A DNA stretch of 63,667 nt, the filler included, from Choristocarpus tenellus KU-1152 (Eukaryota > Protista > Phaeophyceae), in the NCBI GenBank assembly GCA_964200185.2. It is 12 parts of 12 records of this genome, joined end to end, with 100 filler letters (N's around TTAATTAATTAA, not from the genome) between each part and the next. Parts side by side here need not be neighbours in the genome. Positions count along the whole stretch, not along the records: positions 24,539 to 27,616 come from CAXNAD020022481.1; positions 27,717 to 42,651 come from CAXNAD020001093.1; 10 more parts are not named here. The stretch is one strand, 5' to 3'. The notes beneath the pieces were generated by a model. The model had not been told where the DNA came from, made no database searches, and saw only the letters and a list, made by a program, of their open reading frames with translations. Shown here piece by piece: positions 26,974 through 40,900 of this stretch (positions within the stretch are counted from its first letter, which is position 1; each line of letters begins with the position of its first letter). The position numbers and the translations under genes are program-made.

Positions 26974-28147
26974 GAAGAGAATCGGGACGGGGGGCAGGAA
27001 GGAGGGGGGGGGGAAGAGGCGCGCGGGCGCACACGTTGGCAAAGTAATGATTGACCAACGGCAAACAGAGGATACGGGAGTGTTTTCGTTGATGATGCCT
27101 CGTTCATCCAGTAGTTAGTTCAAGCAGGTTGTTCGTGTGTCTGTTGAAGTCCCGGTAACATGCTTACCAGAGTCGGCGCGCATTCTTGCTTCAGGTGACG
27201 TGCACAGTTTCGCGCGGTGGCGGGGAGAGGAGGGGTACAACGAATGAGCAGCAAATTGAAAAAGCTGATGTTTTCTTCTTTTTGTGATATGGAAGATTTC
27301 TTTTTACTATATTTTAGCTCTGGGCTGTTGTGGCCTTATTCTCCCTCTCCCTGTTGTTCTCTTGCGATGTGTGACAAGTCCTACACTTTCCCAAGAAAAT
27401 AGATAAATGCCGATTGGCGTATCTGACAGGGTGGGGGGGGGGGCAGATCGCAACAAACAATATCTCGGGCATGACTGAGATATTCGTACAAAGAGGTCGA
27501 TCATCATATAATGTCAATACTTATATGCGCTCAGTGGTAGCTTCTTCTACTTGGCGACGATAGCAATAATTGATAAACAATTTAATAAAATGGAAAAATA
27601 ACACTTCTTCTCTTCTNNNNNNNNNNNNNNNNNNNNNNNNNNNNNNNNNNNNNNNNNNNNTTAATTAATTAANNNNNNNNNNNNNNNNNNNNNNNNNNNN
27701 NNNNNNNNNNNNNNNNCTCCAGAAGACATACAACCAAAACCAAACGCAATCTAAAATATATCCCCAAAAATTCACACCCCCCCCCCCCCCCCCCCCCAGA
27801 TCCCCAGATATTTTGAGCCTGATCCTAATTGGATGATGCACTTCCAATTGATTTTTTTCTGTTTGCTCCCCTAGCCCCTAGTACTATGGGGGGAGGAGAA
27901 GAAATAACCTCCCAGATGTGTCCATTGGTTTGAACAAGACTCTTCATTTTGATGGTTGTATTAATTATGACTACTACAGGAAGGTGAGGTGATATCTGTT
28001 GCAGGGCTAAATGAAAGAGAGGTTACTACTATTGAAGGAGTTCCTATTTGAAGGAATTACTTACATTTGTTAATGGAGCTCTCTCCCTCTCTCTCTACAT
28101 ATATTATCATTTTAAACTTATCTGAGAGGTTTGTTGTCTCATTGCAG

Positions 28148-28479
28148 ATTCAATTGTGCGGAGCACTGGGCAAAGCTGGAAATGCCTAGGACGGCAGAGG
28201 AGGGTCAAGGCATCAGAAAACGCCTCCAACGAAGGTAGCCAACTGAACTGTAACTGCTTTGTGAGGTTCGATGACTCTGAGGTGATGTGTGATTTGCGTA
28301 TGTCCTAATCGTCATTAACGGTCTTGTGATGCCTTTTATTGGTCTTTTGATGGCTCAGGTTTCCTCTCAGTGACTTCAATGCTACGAGGCAATTGCTGGA
28401 TCCCAAGAACATCATGGCAAATGAACATATAGATGCCTGTCTAGGAGTTCCCAAGGAGGGAGTCCACCCTGCTCAGTGA
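28148..28479 (+). CDS. GLDH: L-galactono-1,4-lactone dehydrogenase, last two exons (28148-28234, 28359-28479)
   Basis: Spliced peptide EHWAKLEMP...RLQRRFPLSDFNATRQLLDPKNIMAN matches the GLDH C-terminus (EHWAKIEIP...RFPVDAYNKARRELDPNRILSN). Confidence 0.88.
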
Positions 28480-30124
28480 CTGATGCCTTACAAGTACTTG
28501 GTGAATACAAGTCCAGGGACAGGATATTAGTAGCTCCACCTGTGAACTGGTGTTACCACTGATTGTGAAGATAAGAAAATTAACACTGAAATACAAAGGT
28601 ACCTAAGAAAATGGAAGATTGTTTGGTCTAGTGAGAACGTTCTATGATACACCCTTTAGAACTATTAGGCAATTAGTTACATTTACAGTACACTACTTGA
28701 GGATACTACTTACTACACAATTGCCACTGTAGGTGCAATGTGTTGATTGCAGTGGAGTTTGTTGTACTCAGAGTATTGCATACTTTTTTTGTTCTTTATG
28801 TGCATGTGGTTGTGTGGTGCGAATTGACACACCTCCCGATAGACTACACTTTGTACCCCCTCCCCCCCACTCCGTGGAGACAATCTGGAATGGATTGAGG
28901 GACAGTCAGCACCCAGTTTGTGAATGAATTTTGTTATTACAGCCCACAGGTTTACTCAAATCTTGACTACTGTGGGTTCCCACTGGGCAAGTACTCAAGT
29001 TGCATGCAGGTGGTACATGCCATAATAGTGTTGGACTTATCATAGATAGGGTTTTGCTCTTCTGGTGTAAATAACTTGGTCATGGCAATGTGGGAGGTAT
29101 GCATGATGTAACACATTTGATCTTTAACATAGCTCTCACATAATAGTTACCACATCGATGGGTGGATGGACAGATTTCTTGCTACTAGTGACTGTGTTGT
29201 TGGGTCAATCTCCTCTGAGGAACATTTGAAGTAACTATATTTGTACTAGACATAATTGATTCTGTCTTCCATGTTTTGTCTAAGACCAATACTCTTTCAA
29301 TATTAGTACAGTAGACATGAATACATTCTAGTCAACACCATACCACTGCTTTGTTTATTGCCTATAAAGAGATAAAAGTGGAGCATGATTGGGAGCAGTA
29401 ACCCTAACCCTAAGATAAAAGAATGAACATTAAGGAGAGTATCTCCAAAAACTGGAGAAGTACATCCTTTTTGTGTACTAGGGATTCCAACTGCTCCCCC
29501 TAAAGGAAGCTAAGTTTCTTGCCAGACCTTAACAAGTATCTAACAAGTACAGCCTCTGATGACAGACAGATAAAGCTAGGTTCCTAGTCCCAGACTGAAG
29601 TGCAGAAAATGATGAAATACATATTTTTAGTGAAAGTCTCCAGTGCTATAAGGACATAGGGAGATAATGTAGATTTCATTTGTTTTCAATGATGGATCAT
29701 TGTACAGTAAACATGTCATACAATGGTTAGCACATTGAGAACGTGAGGGTATTCATGTAAGTACAAGGTGTTGGCTGGAAGACGATTTTGTCAAAATATT
29801 GGCTGACAGTAGAAGAAGAAATCTTGTTGGTAGGGATGATTTCTTTAGTTTTTATGCATCCAATCCTATTGTATCAAAGGAGTAAAGAACACACTGTACA
29901 CTCACTACATTGCAGATGGTTGTCGCTCTCCACAAGTTGTGGACATTTCTTTTCCTCTTAAATAACAAAAAAAGGAACTATCCGGTAAATCTTGGATATA
30001 CCAGTACGTGGACTGATTTTCTCCCTGTTTCCATACTGGCAATAAATTAATTCCACACGCATACAGCGGAGAGTTGGTTTTTTTTATCAACACTGGTCAC
30101 ATTTTGGATACTTTTTGGGGGTTA

Positions 30125-33100
30125 TCAAGTAGCAGAAGTAGTACTCCCCTTTCCAAAGTTCTGTTTGGGCAGCCATGTGTTCTTCAACCACTCTGTAGTC
30201 TTGGGAAATCCTTCCTCGAATGTTATGATTGGCTTGTACTTGAGATCACGCTCTGCTGCAGATATGTCAAACCACCTGTGGATGATCAGCATCCTCACCT
30301 GACATACATTAATTAGATAGCACATCATTCAATGCCGGAGTGTGTGGATGATGGGTAAAGACAGCTAAAGGCACCACAGAGGGGGAGGTAGGTCACTGCA
30401 CATCACTTTAGGGAGTCATTTATGGTGACTTACCTTTAGATCATTAGAAATAAATATGTTTTCAGTTTTTAGTCAACTGTGTGGTATGACTGATAAAGGA
30501 CAAAACTGTTGATAGATGTGAAGTTACTTCTATTGGATTAGGATTAGTAGGTGCCCTACCTGGGCTATATATATGCTTTTGTTCGGAATGTTGCTTATAC
30601 CCATCTAATATAAAGCACCTAAAAACCCAAAATTCTAATTGAAGCACAGGGATTTCAGCTTCTAAAGATTGTACGTAAAACATGCCAAATATGACATGCA
30701 ATCAAAATAAAAATGAGAAAATGGACTGATGAACATAGATGGTCAACTGAAATGTATCTGTATCTCTGTCTCTCTCTATACTATTATACATTGCATTTCT
30801 CTAGAGTGTCATATATATGACCCCTAAGAAGTGAGCAATATAATTACTACATAATAATGATGAAATACTTGAAAAAAGGGGTAACATGAGACAAATTGAG
30901 AACAAACAACTCTACTGCAAAGATCAAGGAATTCAGTGGATATCTCAAGTTAAAACAAGCTTCAGCACTAAAATACAAGGAGGTAGGCGAAAGAAAACCC
31001 ACTAAAAAATAAAATAAAATCATTAATATGGACATTATAAAATAGGGAATAACTCGCACTACATACTGCCCCCAGTGACTCTTGATGTATATCGATAGTA
31101 TGACTATGCGGAAAAAGGGTCGATATGGATCCTAGAGCTGTTAAAGGTACCTAATAGAAAGTCGCTTTGGATAGTCATCATACTAAACACAAGAAGACGT
31201 CCTTTCAAAATCAAACTCAAGAGAAATGGACTTAAATGTCTACAGGAGACCAATAATGACTCACGTGTACCTCTCTGGACTGTAAAAGTTAGTTCTACAC
31301 ACTTTCTCGCCATGGACATGTTCAGCCCCCCCCCCCCCCACACCTAACACCACCACATCATTTTTACAATGTGATGGTGTAATATTACTAGAGGACACCT
31401 GAGTTGTACCTGTACAAAGATAAGGCCAGGGACGCTATTCTAATAGCAGGAAATTTCCACAATAGGGGAGACAACAGTCTAACAAGAGCTTGATTCTTAG
31501 CATGATCTTCAATTCCAGTCAACTTGAGTCCCTTCTCCCTTGTAAGGGGGGTGGGGAGGATCCCGTTTTGGTACTCTTGAAGGTGACAGGGTTGGGAATG
31601 ATTTGACAATGATGTTTTGATACTACAGAAAATACTGTAAAACTAATAAAACTAATAAAGAGAATGCCAAGTAGTAAATATCAAAGATATAGACAAACTT
31701 CCATTGAGTAGGCACACAGCCTTTTAAACTACCAATAGGTTCATTCAATGACTCCACAAGCCCAATCTACACCCAAACAAGTAATAACAAATCCTCCAAG
31801 TGATAACTATTGCTCATGCTACTAAGTTTTTTGTTGTTGCAAGTCTATCCTGTTACAGTACAGCTATATTGAGTACACCCAAGTATACTGAACTCTTTCA
31901 TCACCAAGATTTAAAATACGTTACCTTTTTCAGAAGCAACCCACAATTGGCGTAGTTATTGCTGCTATTCAATTGTTGCTATTCACTTATTTTATTCAAG
32001 GTGCGTTAGAGCAGTCCCCACTGGTACCAATACAACATGAAAGACATCACTCCCCCCCCCCAACTATCCACTGCTATACTGCTATTAATACAATCAGTAA
32101 CACATTAATCACCTACATTCTAAATAAACTTAAAGGTGTATCTATTCATGCACAAAACACATTCTTCAAAGGTATACCTGTAAAAATCATCAACAATGCT
32201 CACCGTGAAGGGATTCACTCTCAGCTTACGGTTGAGGCACCAGCCAATGAAGGTACAGATATGACCCACAATCAACATCAGCAAAGCAGGCAGCTTGAAC
32301 TTGGAGAAAAGGGAGGCAAAGCCCAACGCCATCCCGGCAGCATCAATCACTTTCCAGAAGTACTGATATTGAAGTGTGCATCCAAGAGGAGAATATACAT
32401 TCAACAAGGGGAGGAAACAAAACCAACTTGTAAAAAAAATAAAGATATTATTTTTTCTTCTGGTGTTTGTTTTTTGATGAGAGGATTGGACACACCCAAC
32501 TAAATCAATCCAAACAGCTGGAACAATAAATAAGCCTACACCTACACCTACACCTACCTCTACAGTGGCTGTTGAATTTGCCATTTTGGTCAATAAGGAC
32601 TATTATTCCAGGTGCAAATGGGGTATGAGGGGAGACACTCCTGTCGCAGCAAGCAAAACACCAGCTAAGAAAACCATACCTCACATAGTCCTTTGCTTGC
32701 TTACGGCCAAGAGGTGTCAATATTTAGTTACCTACCTGCCAACCGCCATCAGTTACAATGTAGAACTTGCCCAAAGCTGGTGAACCCTTCAATGGACAAG
32801 ATGGAGATGAGGTGTATGGAGGTCAGACAGCACACACAGAAGAGTTGAAAAAAAACTTGATAATGATGATTATTATTATTATCATGATCAGAAGCAGCAA
32901 TAACTTTCAAATCAAATCGGTAAAAACAGTTTTGCTAGAAATGGGAGAGGCGCACATGCAGTACTGTTCGGTGTACAGAAAATACTAGTGTACAGAAATC
33001 GCAGACTTGGGGAATGCATATCATAGATGCTTTTGCCACATACCTTCTTCACCTTGGCAAGCACTAACAGCACTTAGATCACTCCTAATCGATTCAATTG

Positions 33101-35618
33101 GACTTAGACAAAAAATCCATAGTGACTGGGACTTTGCAGCTGAGTACAATGGAAATCTGTGAAACTCAAAGCACCACTCCAGACTAGTTGGTCATACTAC
33201 CAGAACCTGGTGGTCAGGAACATTCTCCCAACCTTCCACACAATGAAACAATTACTTAGTATTGACAACACTATCATGAAGTATCACACTACCTGCCGGG
33301 TTGGATTTGGGGTCAGTGATCGCTGGGCACATGCTTCAGACACCCCCTCATACACTAAACATACACTAAACTAAATCAGCACGTGTCAACACAAAGGCAG
33401 TTTCAATCTTGGGACGCCACCCCAAACTGTTCCCAAGTGTCCTTATTGTTACTGAATTTGGTAGGGTGGGGGTAAGACCAAGGGACCAAACTGCCTAGAA
33501 GCACACTGTTTGGTAGTAAATCGGATTATTAGAACACACCTTGTAGAGGGCATCCACCCCCAGTATTAATCCATGGCAGTAGTTGTCAATATAGGTGAAG
33601 GACACCTTATTTTTACCATTGCCAAACACTCGAAGTTGACCCTTTCCAGATGCCTCAAGGAGGCTAGGTAGGAACAGAGGGTCCCTATGGTGGGGGTGGG
33701 TGGGTTGGGGGATGAACAGATTAGGGGGAATGACAAAACGATGCATCACTTCAATATCCAATATTGAAACCCTCAACCTTCCTCTATTGCACAGTTAACC
33801 CATTATTGAGAGGCTGTTGGACAATGGAAATTGCATGTCCTCCCTCCAAGTATGGATCTGTTTGTTCTGTACTGCAATTAAACACAGTTACTTACATACC
33901 TGTACGTCCTTCTCCCCTGCAATCTCTTTAGGGATACAAGCTACTATGAATACTAATAACCTTGCAAATATTCAACACGAGGCACTCAGGATTGTACCAA
34001 CACCAAGAAATACAGATAGTCAACAGGTACTTTCATAAGTAAACTCCCAATTTCTACGAAATAGCCCAGAGCACCCACTGCAACTGGACTACACACCATG
34101 TCTCTAGATTCTGAGAGTGACAAATGACACAGAAGATAATATGACATGACAATATTTACCTAGCTGCACTTGCCTTGGTCCATACAGTTGGTGAGGAGCT
34201 ATTGCCACTGTCAGGAGGTCATCTGAGCAGGCATCTAACACTGCTTTTTCCCCCATAGCCTTGCTCTCAGCGTACAGCTAAGGTGGATGTGGGGGGTACA
34301 GGAGGGAGTCAGTCACCAGTTTTCACTGTCCCCTAAAGAAATGTAAAAGTTGATGCTGACATTCTCTGGACACAACACTAAACTAGTGTGACAAGGGCAA
34401 GGATGATCTCCACTGCAAAGTATTTTAGACCTGCAGTGCTATTGTAAGAGGAGCAGGAGAGGCCAACGGGAAAAAAGAGACCTTCTCAAAGGGGTATGTG
34501 CCATGCAGCCTGTAGCAATCAGTTTCCTGGACACTTCTGAAGATGGGGTATTGGTATCATAAATCAAATTACAAAATAAAACAAGACTTCTGAGATACCA
34601 GTTCGTGACGTTTGGTTTACATAAAACCAAGGCCCTTACACCAAAATCATCTTACGCTCCACCTGCAAAAATTTCTTCGGGTACTTCATCTGGTCCTCGG
34701 TAAGCCCGTCAATGTCATTCCCGTCAAAGCGCGTACTTGGGCTGCTGGACATAATCAATTTGCCCACGCCATGGCTCCTGCAGAGACATAGGGTATTAGA
34801 AGTAGACCACACTATATTCGAATACCGACGTAGGCCGAGATAGTGGATTCAAAAGGAGGCTCGTGGCAATGGAGCGAGTTCCCTTACTTGCATGCGTTGA
34901 TAACATTGACTGTTCCCCTGTAGTTGACAGCCATATAAGCTTCTTTCGGGTGGAATGGTCCCACCAAAGCTGCGATGTGCCAAACACAATCTGCGCCCTC
35001 ACACGCCTTATCCACGTCCTGCTCCTTCGTGAGATCTCCCTGAGTGGCAACGAATGGGTACGCTGAAGGTCGATCTGAGGTCGAAAAGATCGCCAGATGG
35101 GGGAATTTTGTAGACGCAATGCCTAACTGTCTTTGTCTTCCTCTATCATTCTTGAAATGGTGTCACCAATACGGTACCAATTATTCAACCAAAACTGAGT
35201 CACCGTTATCTTCAGGATCTACGGAAATATCTTGCCAAATGATTCACGATGTTCCCTAGTGTAGCTACTTCGAACCCGCGAGTCAAACGCAAGCAGCACC
35301 CTGTGCGACGTGATGAAACATGACCAAGCAATGAACCGCTTGTGTCTCAAGGAGTCATTGCCCTCTCCCAGACTTCAGCCCAACCCACCAAAGTAACAAC
35401 TGCCTAAGTAAGCAAGGCACTGAGAAATGTTACATGAAACAGCTGAATCAAACCTGGATGTATTCGATAACGGGGTTATCCAAACCGTCGGTGGGTTTTG
35501 GGGTTATGTCGAAGGATACTACCCTTCCTGCACCCCTCTCCACCAACATCTCCACCAATCGCTGACCAGTGAATCCCGAGCCTCCTGTCACAACACATTT
35601 CAATCCTTCTACCCCCAT
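30125..35618 (-). CDS. NSDHL/ERG26-like 3-beta-hydroxysteroid dehydrogenase/decarboxylase, complete, 354 aa. Exons 35618-35454, 35039-34888, 34777-34663, 34277-34174, 33684-33540, 32786-32736, 32362-32204, 30298-30125
   Basis: TGGSGFTG NAD-binding motif, VNYRGTVNVI, catalytic YAESK, YGPRD, FTYIDNYCHG, AERDLKYKP. The exons total 1065 nt in one frame from ATG to TGA. Confidence 0.93.
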
Positions 35619-35822
35619 GATGACCTCAGTCTCCCTCACAACAAGCTTATCGTCTCAAAGTAGAGGACCTTCCTTGAAGGTGATTTGTGTAGGTAGAGAG
35701 AGAGAGAGAACAAACTTCCAAATGATACGGTGGTGGTGGTGTATTGAGGTCAAAATATACGTATTGACTACTTCACAAGTTTTTGATCCGCCTTGTTCTC
35801 CTTCAACATACCCCATACAGGA
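35619..35822. promoter_or_regulatory. Putative bidirectional promoter (204 bp between divergent ATGs)
   Basis: Start codons at 35618 (-) and 35823 (+), inside a CpG-rich zone. Confidence 0.7.
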
Positions 35823-37924
35823 ATGAAGGCTGTTGTAGCAACCCCGCTTCTGCTTACTTACCTCACCAATGAGACGGGCGCTTTTTTATTACCGCCGGTA
35901 AGAACGGGTGGTCTGTCCCGGTGGTCCTCTCAAGATCAGAAGTGTGATCGGCAATTGGTATCTTCCTCATGTCGTGCACCCTCGCTCCTGCTGCAAAGCA
36001 CCACTGACAAGGTACGTTACCAGCCTTTTCAAGTGGGACAATGAAATGTGATGCGTAGATACTGCCCTTTTTTTTGGATCGAGCACTCAAATGCTCAGGC
36101 CTAGGACCCAAGGAAGAAATCTCACGCCCTATAAGTCATTACCTCCACTCACTAGTACTGTTTATCGTATTCGGTTCATTTAGGTCTCTGGTGAGGAGGA
36201 AGTGCGTGTTGAGGACCGTGATGTACCGCAAGCGCACAGGTATCTGGGGGTATGGTGACTCTCGGGGACGGGGTCTGGGGGACAGAGAAAAGAAACATGT
36301 TGGACTTGCTGGTCGAACCCTCATCAACGAATGTTGATGCTCTTGTACATGTTGAGCCTCATGGACACCACTTAGGAATGACACAAAGATAGCGTTGATG
36401 TGTTTTCTTCTTGGTTCATGTGGAATGCAAATGAGGCAGGTGGAGAGGTCGAGGGTGTTGTGAAACTGACTCCGTTTCTTTGCCGTTCTTGCATTGCTTT
36501 CTCACAGAGGATTGCATGATTTCTTGTACAGCAACAATGAGGACCATGGTGCCACTGCAACTGATGGATCTACTGAGTCTTTCGATGGTACTTTGCTCTA
36601 CAAGGTGTGGGCACGAGTCTCTTCTGTTGGTTGACTGCATGAGAGTTTTTTTTATGGGAAGCGTGCTGCTTGTCCACGCTATCCAAGCTAGAGGTGTATA
36701 TGGTTCAGGGACAAAGGCGCAGTCGTAACAACGAGCTGTGCTGTGGGCTATAGCGTCATCTTGACTGTTTTCCATCATTGATTTCGTGTGTTTTGTGAGT
36801 ACATGATCAATGGTCACATGTCTTCCACTGTATCGATTGCATGAAGCAAGTACCCCATCTCTCCTGCTTGTGTGATACTATGTACTTACATCATAGCAAA
36901 ATTGCAGTCTACCCTCATCTACAGATTTCAAAAATACATTCCACTTCCTTGTTTTCGGTTGTCCGTTTGTCTCTCGCATTATGCTGCTGTGTCCCTGTGC
37001 CTGTTGTTACTTCTAGGTCAGCAAGTGGCTGGAGGATAACAAAGAGTCAAAGCATGCTGCTGTATATGCTGTGGTTGGAAAGGACAGTGTGGTCAATTTT
37101 GTGGGTGTTAGTCGTAATGTAGCTCTGTCTGTTGGTGCCCACGTGGACAATGAGGGGAAAGACAAGGTGGACAAGCTTAGGGTGAGTGGGAGGGGCAGGG
37201 TGCAGGGTAGGATGGGGGGGGTTAGAGGGCATGCGGGTGACTTGAACTTGATTGATTGATTGATTGATTGGTTGGTTGGTTGGTTTGACTGATGTAGTAA
37301 TGATTGCAAGGTAACTGTGCAGATGTGTTTTATCACGGTCAAAGGCGATACAACATATGGAGCAAAAGATTAAAAAAAAATTGGTAAATCAGATGAAGCA
37401 ATAAATATATAGAAATTTAGCAAGAAATACAGAAATGTTGAAGACGTGTACATATAAGAATGAAGATTATATATCAACAAAATATATATATATATATATA
37501 TCAAATACAGTAGGAGGAGCCAGTTGAGCAGGTACTTGTGGGTGCGCTAACCAATCGATTCCACTTATAATATAGATAATAGTAACTATTTATTTCACAG
37601 TATTCATCAGCACCCATACCACGATCCGTGCTGCCCCATTGCTAATTAAAAAAATAGACAAGTTTAAACAGAAAAAAACTAAAGAAAAGAAAAAAACACA
37701 AGATAGAGTGAAACTGATGCACAGGACCATGATAGCAGACACCAGCACCAATACCATTTAGGTGCGTCTATAACCATCTCCTAGCATGATATCATTCCTT
37801 CTTCAACCCTTTCAACGCACAGTAGTAATAGTGGTAGTAGTAGTAGTAGTAGTAGTAGTAATAATAATAGTAGTAGTAATAGTAGTAATAATAGTAATAG
37901 TAGTAGTAGTAGTAGTAGTAATAA

Positions 37925-37963
<39 letters not shown>

Positions 37964-40900
37964 CGACCAGCATCTTACACCAATAAAATGAAATAAATAA
38001 ACAACTGCCTCGATTCAGTCCTGAGGGAGGGGTGGACTGGACAGACTTGTGTTGGTTAAGGACGTTTTCCCCCTCCTCCTAGGCTGCTTGCTTCTGTCAA
38101 TTTGGTACATTTAGACGTGTGTGTGGAGTAATAGTAATATATTATTATTGTTTTTCATATTTAATTTTTTATTTCTTGTGATTGGTGTGTGTTGAGGACA
38201 GTATATGTATATATATATGCCCTTGTTGTATATTCATGATGTCCACTATCCAGCAAATGCGTGGACATATTTACTCTATAGCCTCAGTTTTTTTCTGGAA
38301 CAGTTTGGTGAGTTTGACCTGTAACATGCAATGACTCATAGTATATTGTATGACTAAAGTCCAGTCAATGCTTTGTCATGTATAGTGTAACACTACAGTG
38401 TTTAGATTTGGTATTAGTACTAGAAATAGTAGTAGTTATGCTTTCTGAGGTGTGAAACTATTTTACATAGACCATAGATTTGAATTTTTCCAAGGGGAAC
38501 CAGACAGTGAGTTAGAGGAACAGGTGCCTATATTGTTATTGTTGTTATTATTATTTGTCTATTGTATCATGTTGTAATGCCCCATTGAACCATGTAGCAT
38601 GCAGTGTGCAATATATAGATACATATAGTACATGATATGGTATGTAGTGATGGACTTAAGATAAGAGTAAGTGACTTGGCTCCTTAACTTGGGTGTGATA
38701 ATATAAATCATAGTGGACAATATTATTTGTATTATTTCTTATGGTGCTGTTGTTGAGGGTGATTTGAGGGTGGTTTGAAGAATGTACTAGGTCCCCCTCA
38801 TGTGCTGTACGATATATATCTATGGACACACCTTTGGAGGTGTGTATATATTGTAATGAATGCTTCTGAAGTAATGCTTGAATTTTATTTTATTGTCTCA
38901 ATAGGTATAATCTATAATCCATAATACCTTTTTTTAAACTTTGAATCACTTTTAGGGGTACTGGAGGTGTTTCAAATATCCCCAGGTGCCACATGAGGGG
39001 ATTTGATCTGTCCTCTATCAGTACTTGTATGTTGGCTCTCACTCTCTTCCCTCCATGGTATGGCTTGCTCAATTCATGTTAATTTCTGTACCTTGTACCT
39101 CTAAGTACCTTGTACCTGGTGGCCTTTGTTGTGTTGTCACAATTATAATGTACATCATAATAATAACAGTAATTAGTAATGTGTGCATTTGATACATTAT
39201 TGTCATTAGTTAGTCATTAGTTAGTGATTGTTGAATTTTTCGGTGCATATCATCACATGTTACTATCGCTGCTATCACTGTTTATATGTATCCCTCCTTT
39301 TTTATTATTAATTTTACTATTGATTTGCATCCAGGTGCGGAGTTTCAAATTCCCCAAACGTGACTCTATGGATAAAATGAAAACACAGTGGATAAAGGAC
39401 TGCAGCTCAGTTCCTAAGGGGAATATTGCAGGACAGGAGTGGGCATCAAGCGTGAAGGATGTTCAGGTATTGTCATTATCATTATCACTATTATTGTATT
39501 GTTATTTTTAGTATAAATGGGTTTCAACTTATCCTCTGCAGTATGATTCTACCCTGGCTTTAGTCTCCAGTATATATATATATATATATATGCTGGGTGG
39601 TCTCTGTTTGATATTCCTGTGCACAATTGTGTGTTTTGTGCTTGTTGGACCATATCATGATGCTATCGTACACACTCTCATGCCACTTCAGTTCATTGGT
39701 ATCTGCCCTTTGGTGTGCTTGGTCAGTGCAACGCCTTTAAAATGATGAAAATTAAAATCTTTTTTGCGGAGAAAAGTGTAATGCATTTTTTAATTTTTAA
39801 ATTGATTGAGGAATGCCTTTTGGTGAAGGGGGGGCTCAAGAAGGAATGTGACCTCCATTTCTTGTTCTTTTTTTCTTTATGTAGACTCCCTTCAAGACCA
39901 CACTATTTTTTTGATACAAATCTCTGATCCCATAACAGAACCATTTGGCTAATACCTGCAAACCTTTTGTGGGTTCAAGTCCCTTTGATAACGGATTTTT
40001 TTTAGTGAAAGGGAGAAGGGGGGGGGGGGGTTCTGATTGATAATTGGTTACAGATATCCAATATTCCCTATGAAGTAATGCATAGCTACTACTGCTTAAT
40101 CTAATTGTGTTATCTTTTAATTTTATGTTGGACTTCCTAATGAGGAATTGGTCTGTTCAGGTAATGCAGTACTGGATATATAATATGTACTACTCCTCTG
40201 CGAGGTCATGAGTTTGGTTTATAGTTACACTGTAGCATCAACATTTTGATGGTAGTCAGGATGGAAGTATCACTTTAGGCTTGGGTCTGCTTCATTGTGT
40301 TTGGTTGTGGTGAGTAATAGTGATGGTACACGTAGACTCAATTTGGTCTTTATTCCACCCTGTTAGAGGTAATACTAAATTGTAATGTTATAGTTGAGGT
40401 ACAGGGTTTTTAATTTCATCGCTATATATTTGTGTGTGTGATGACAATGGTGTTAAAGGTTTTGATAACATTTAGGTGTTGTCGTTAAAGCCTGCACATT
40501 ACTTGACATGTCATTTGAAGTGATTTCTTGTACAAATATTTCATATTTTTGTTTCCACAGGGGTCCATGAGTGCAGCACAGAGGGAACAGTATGAAGAGA
40601 GCAAGCTCAAGATGAGGAAGGCTATGGCTGACACGGAACTAATTGATGAGATGGAAGAGGTGCAGCGCCCATCACCTTTTAGTGTTTGTCTAAGTCTGGT
40701 GCTACATAATATACTGTATACCTTTTAGAGGTTGTCTATGTCTGGTATGGGAGGGTTTGGTTTGTTTTGAAATGTGATGATGGAGTTGTTGATTGGTTGA
40801 CTCTTCACAATAAAAACTAGAGTATTGATATTGATGCAATAGAAGGGAGAGAGATCTATGCTGTGGAGGATAGGTTAGATTTTTTATTTTATTTTATTGC

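Noticed and set aside
26574-27107. Ser-rich minus-strand ORF
   Set aside because: Antisense shadow of the D/E-rich ORF 26242-26973.
37786-37986. Poly-Val/Ile ORF resembling a membrane protein
   Set aside because: Translation of an intronic (GTA)n microsatellite.
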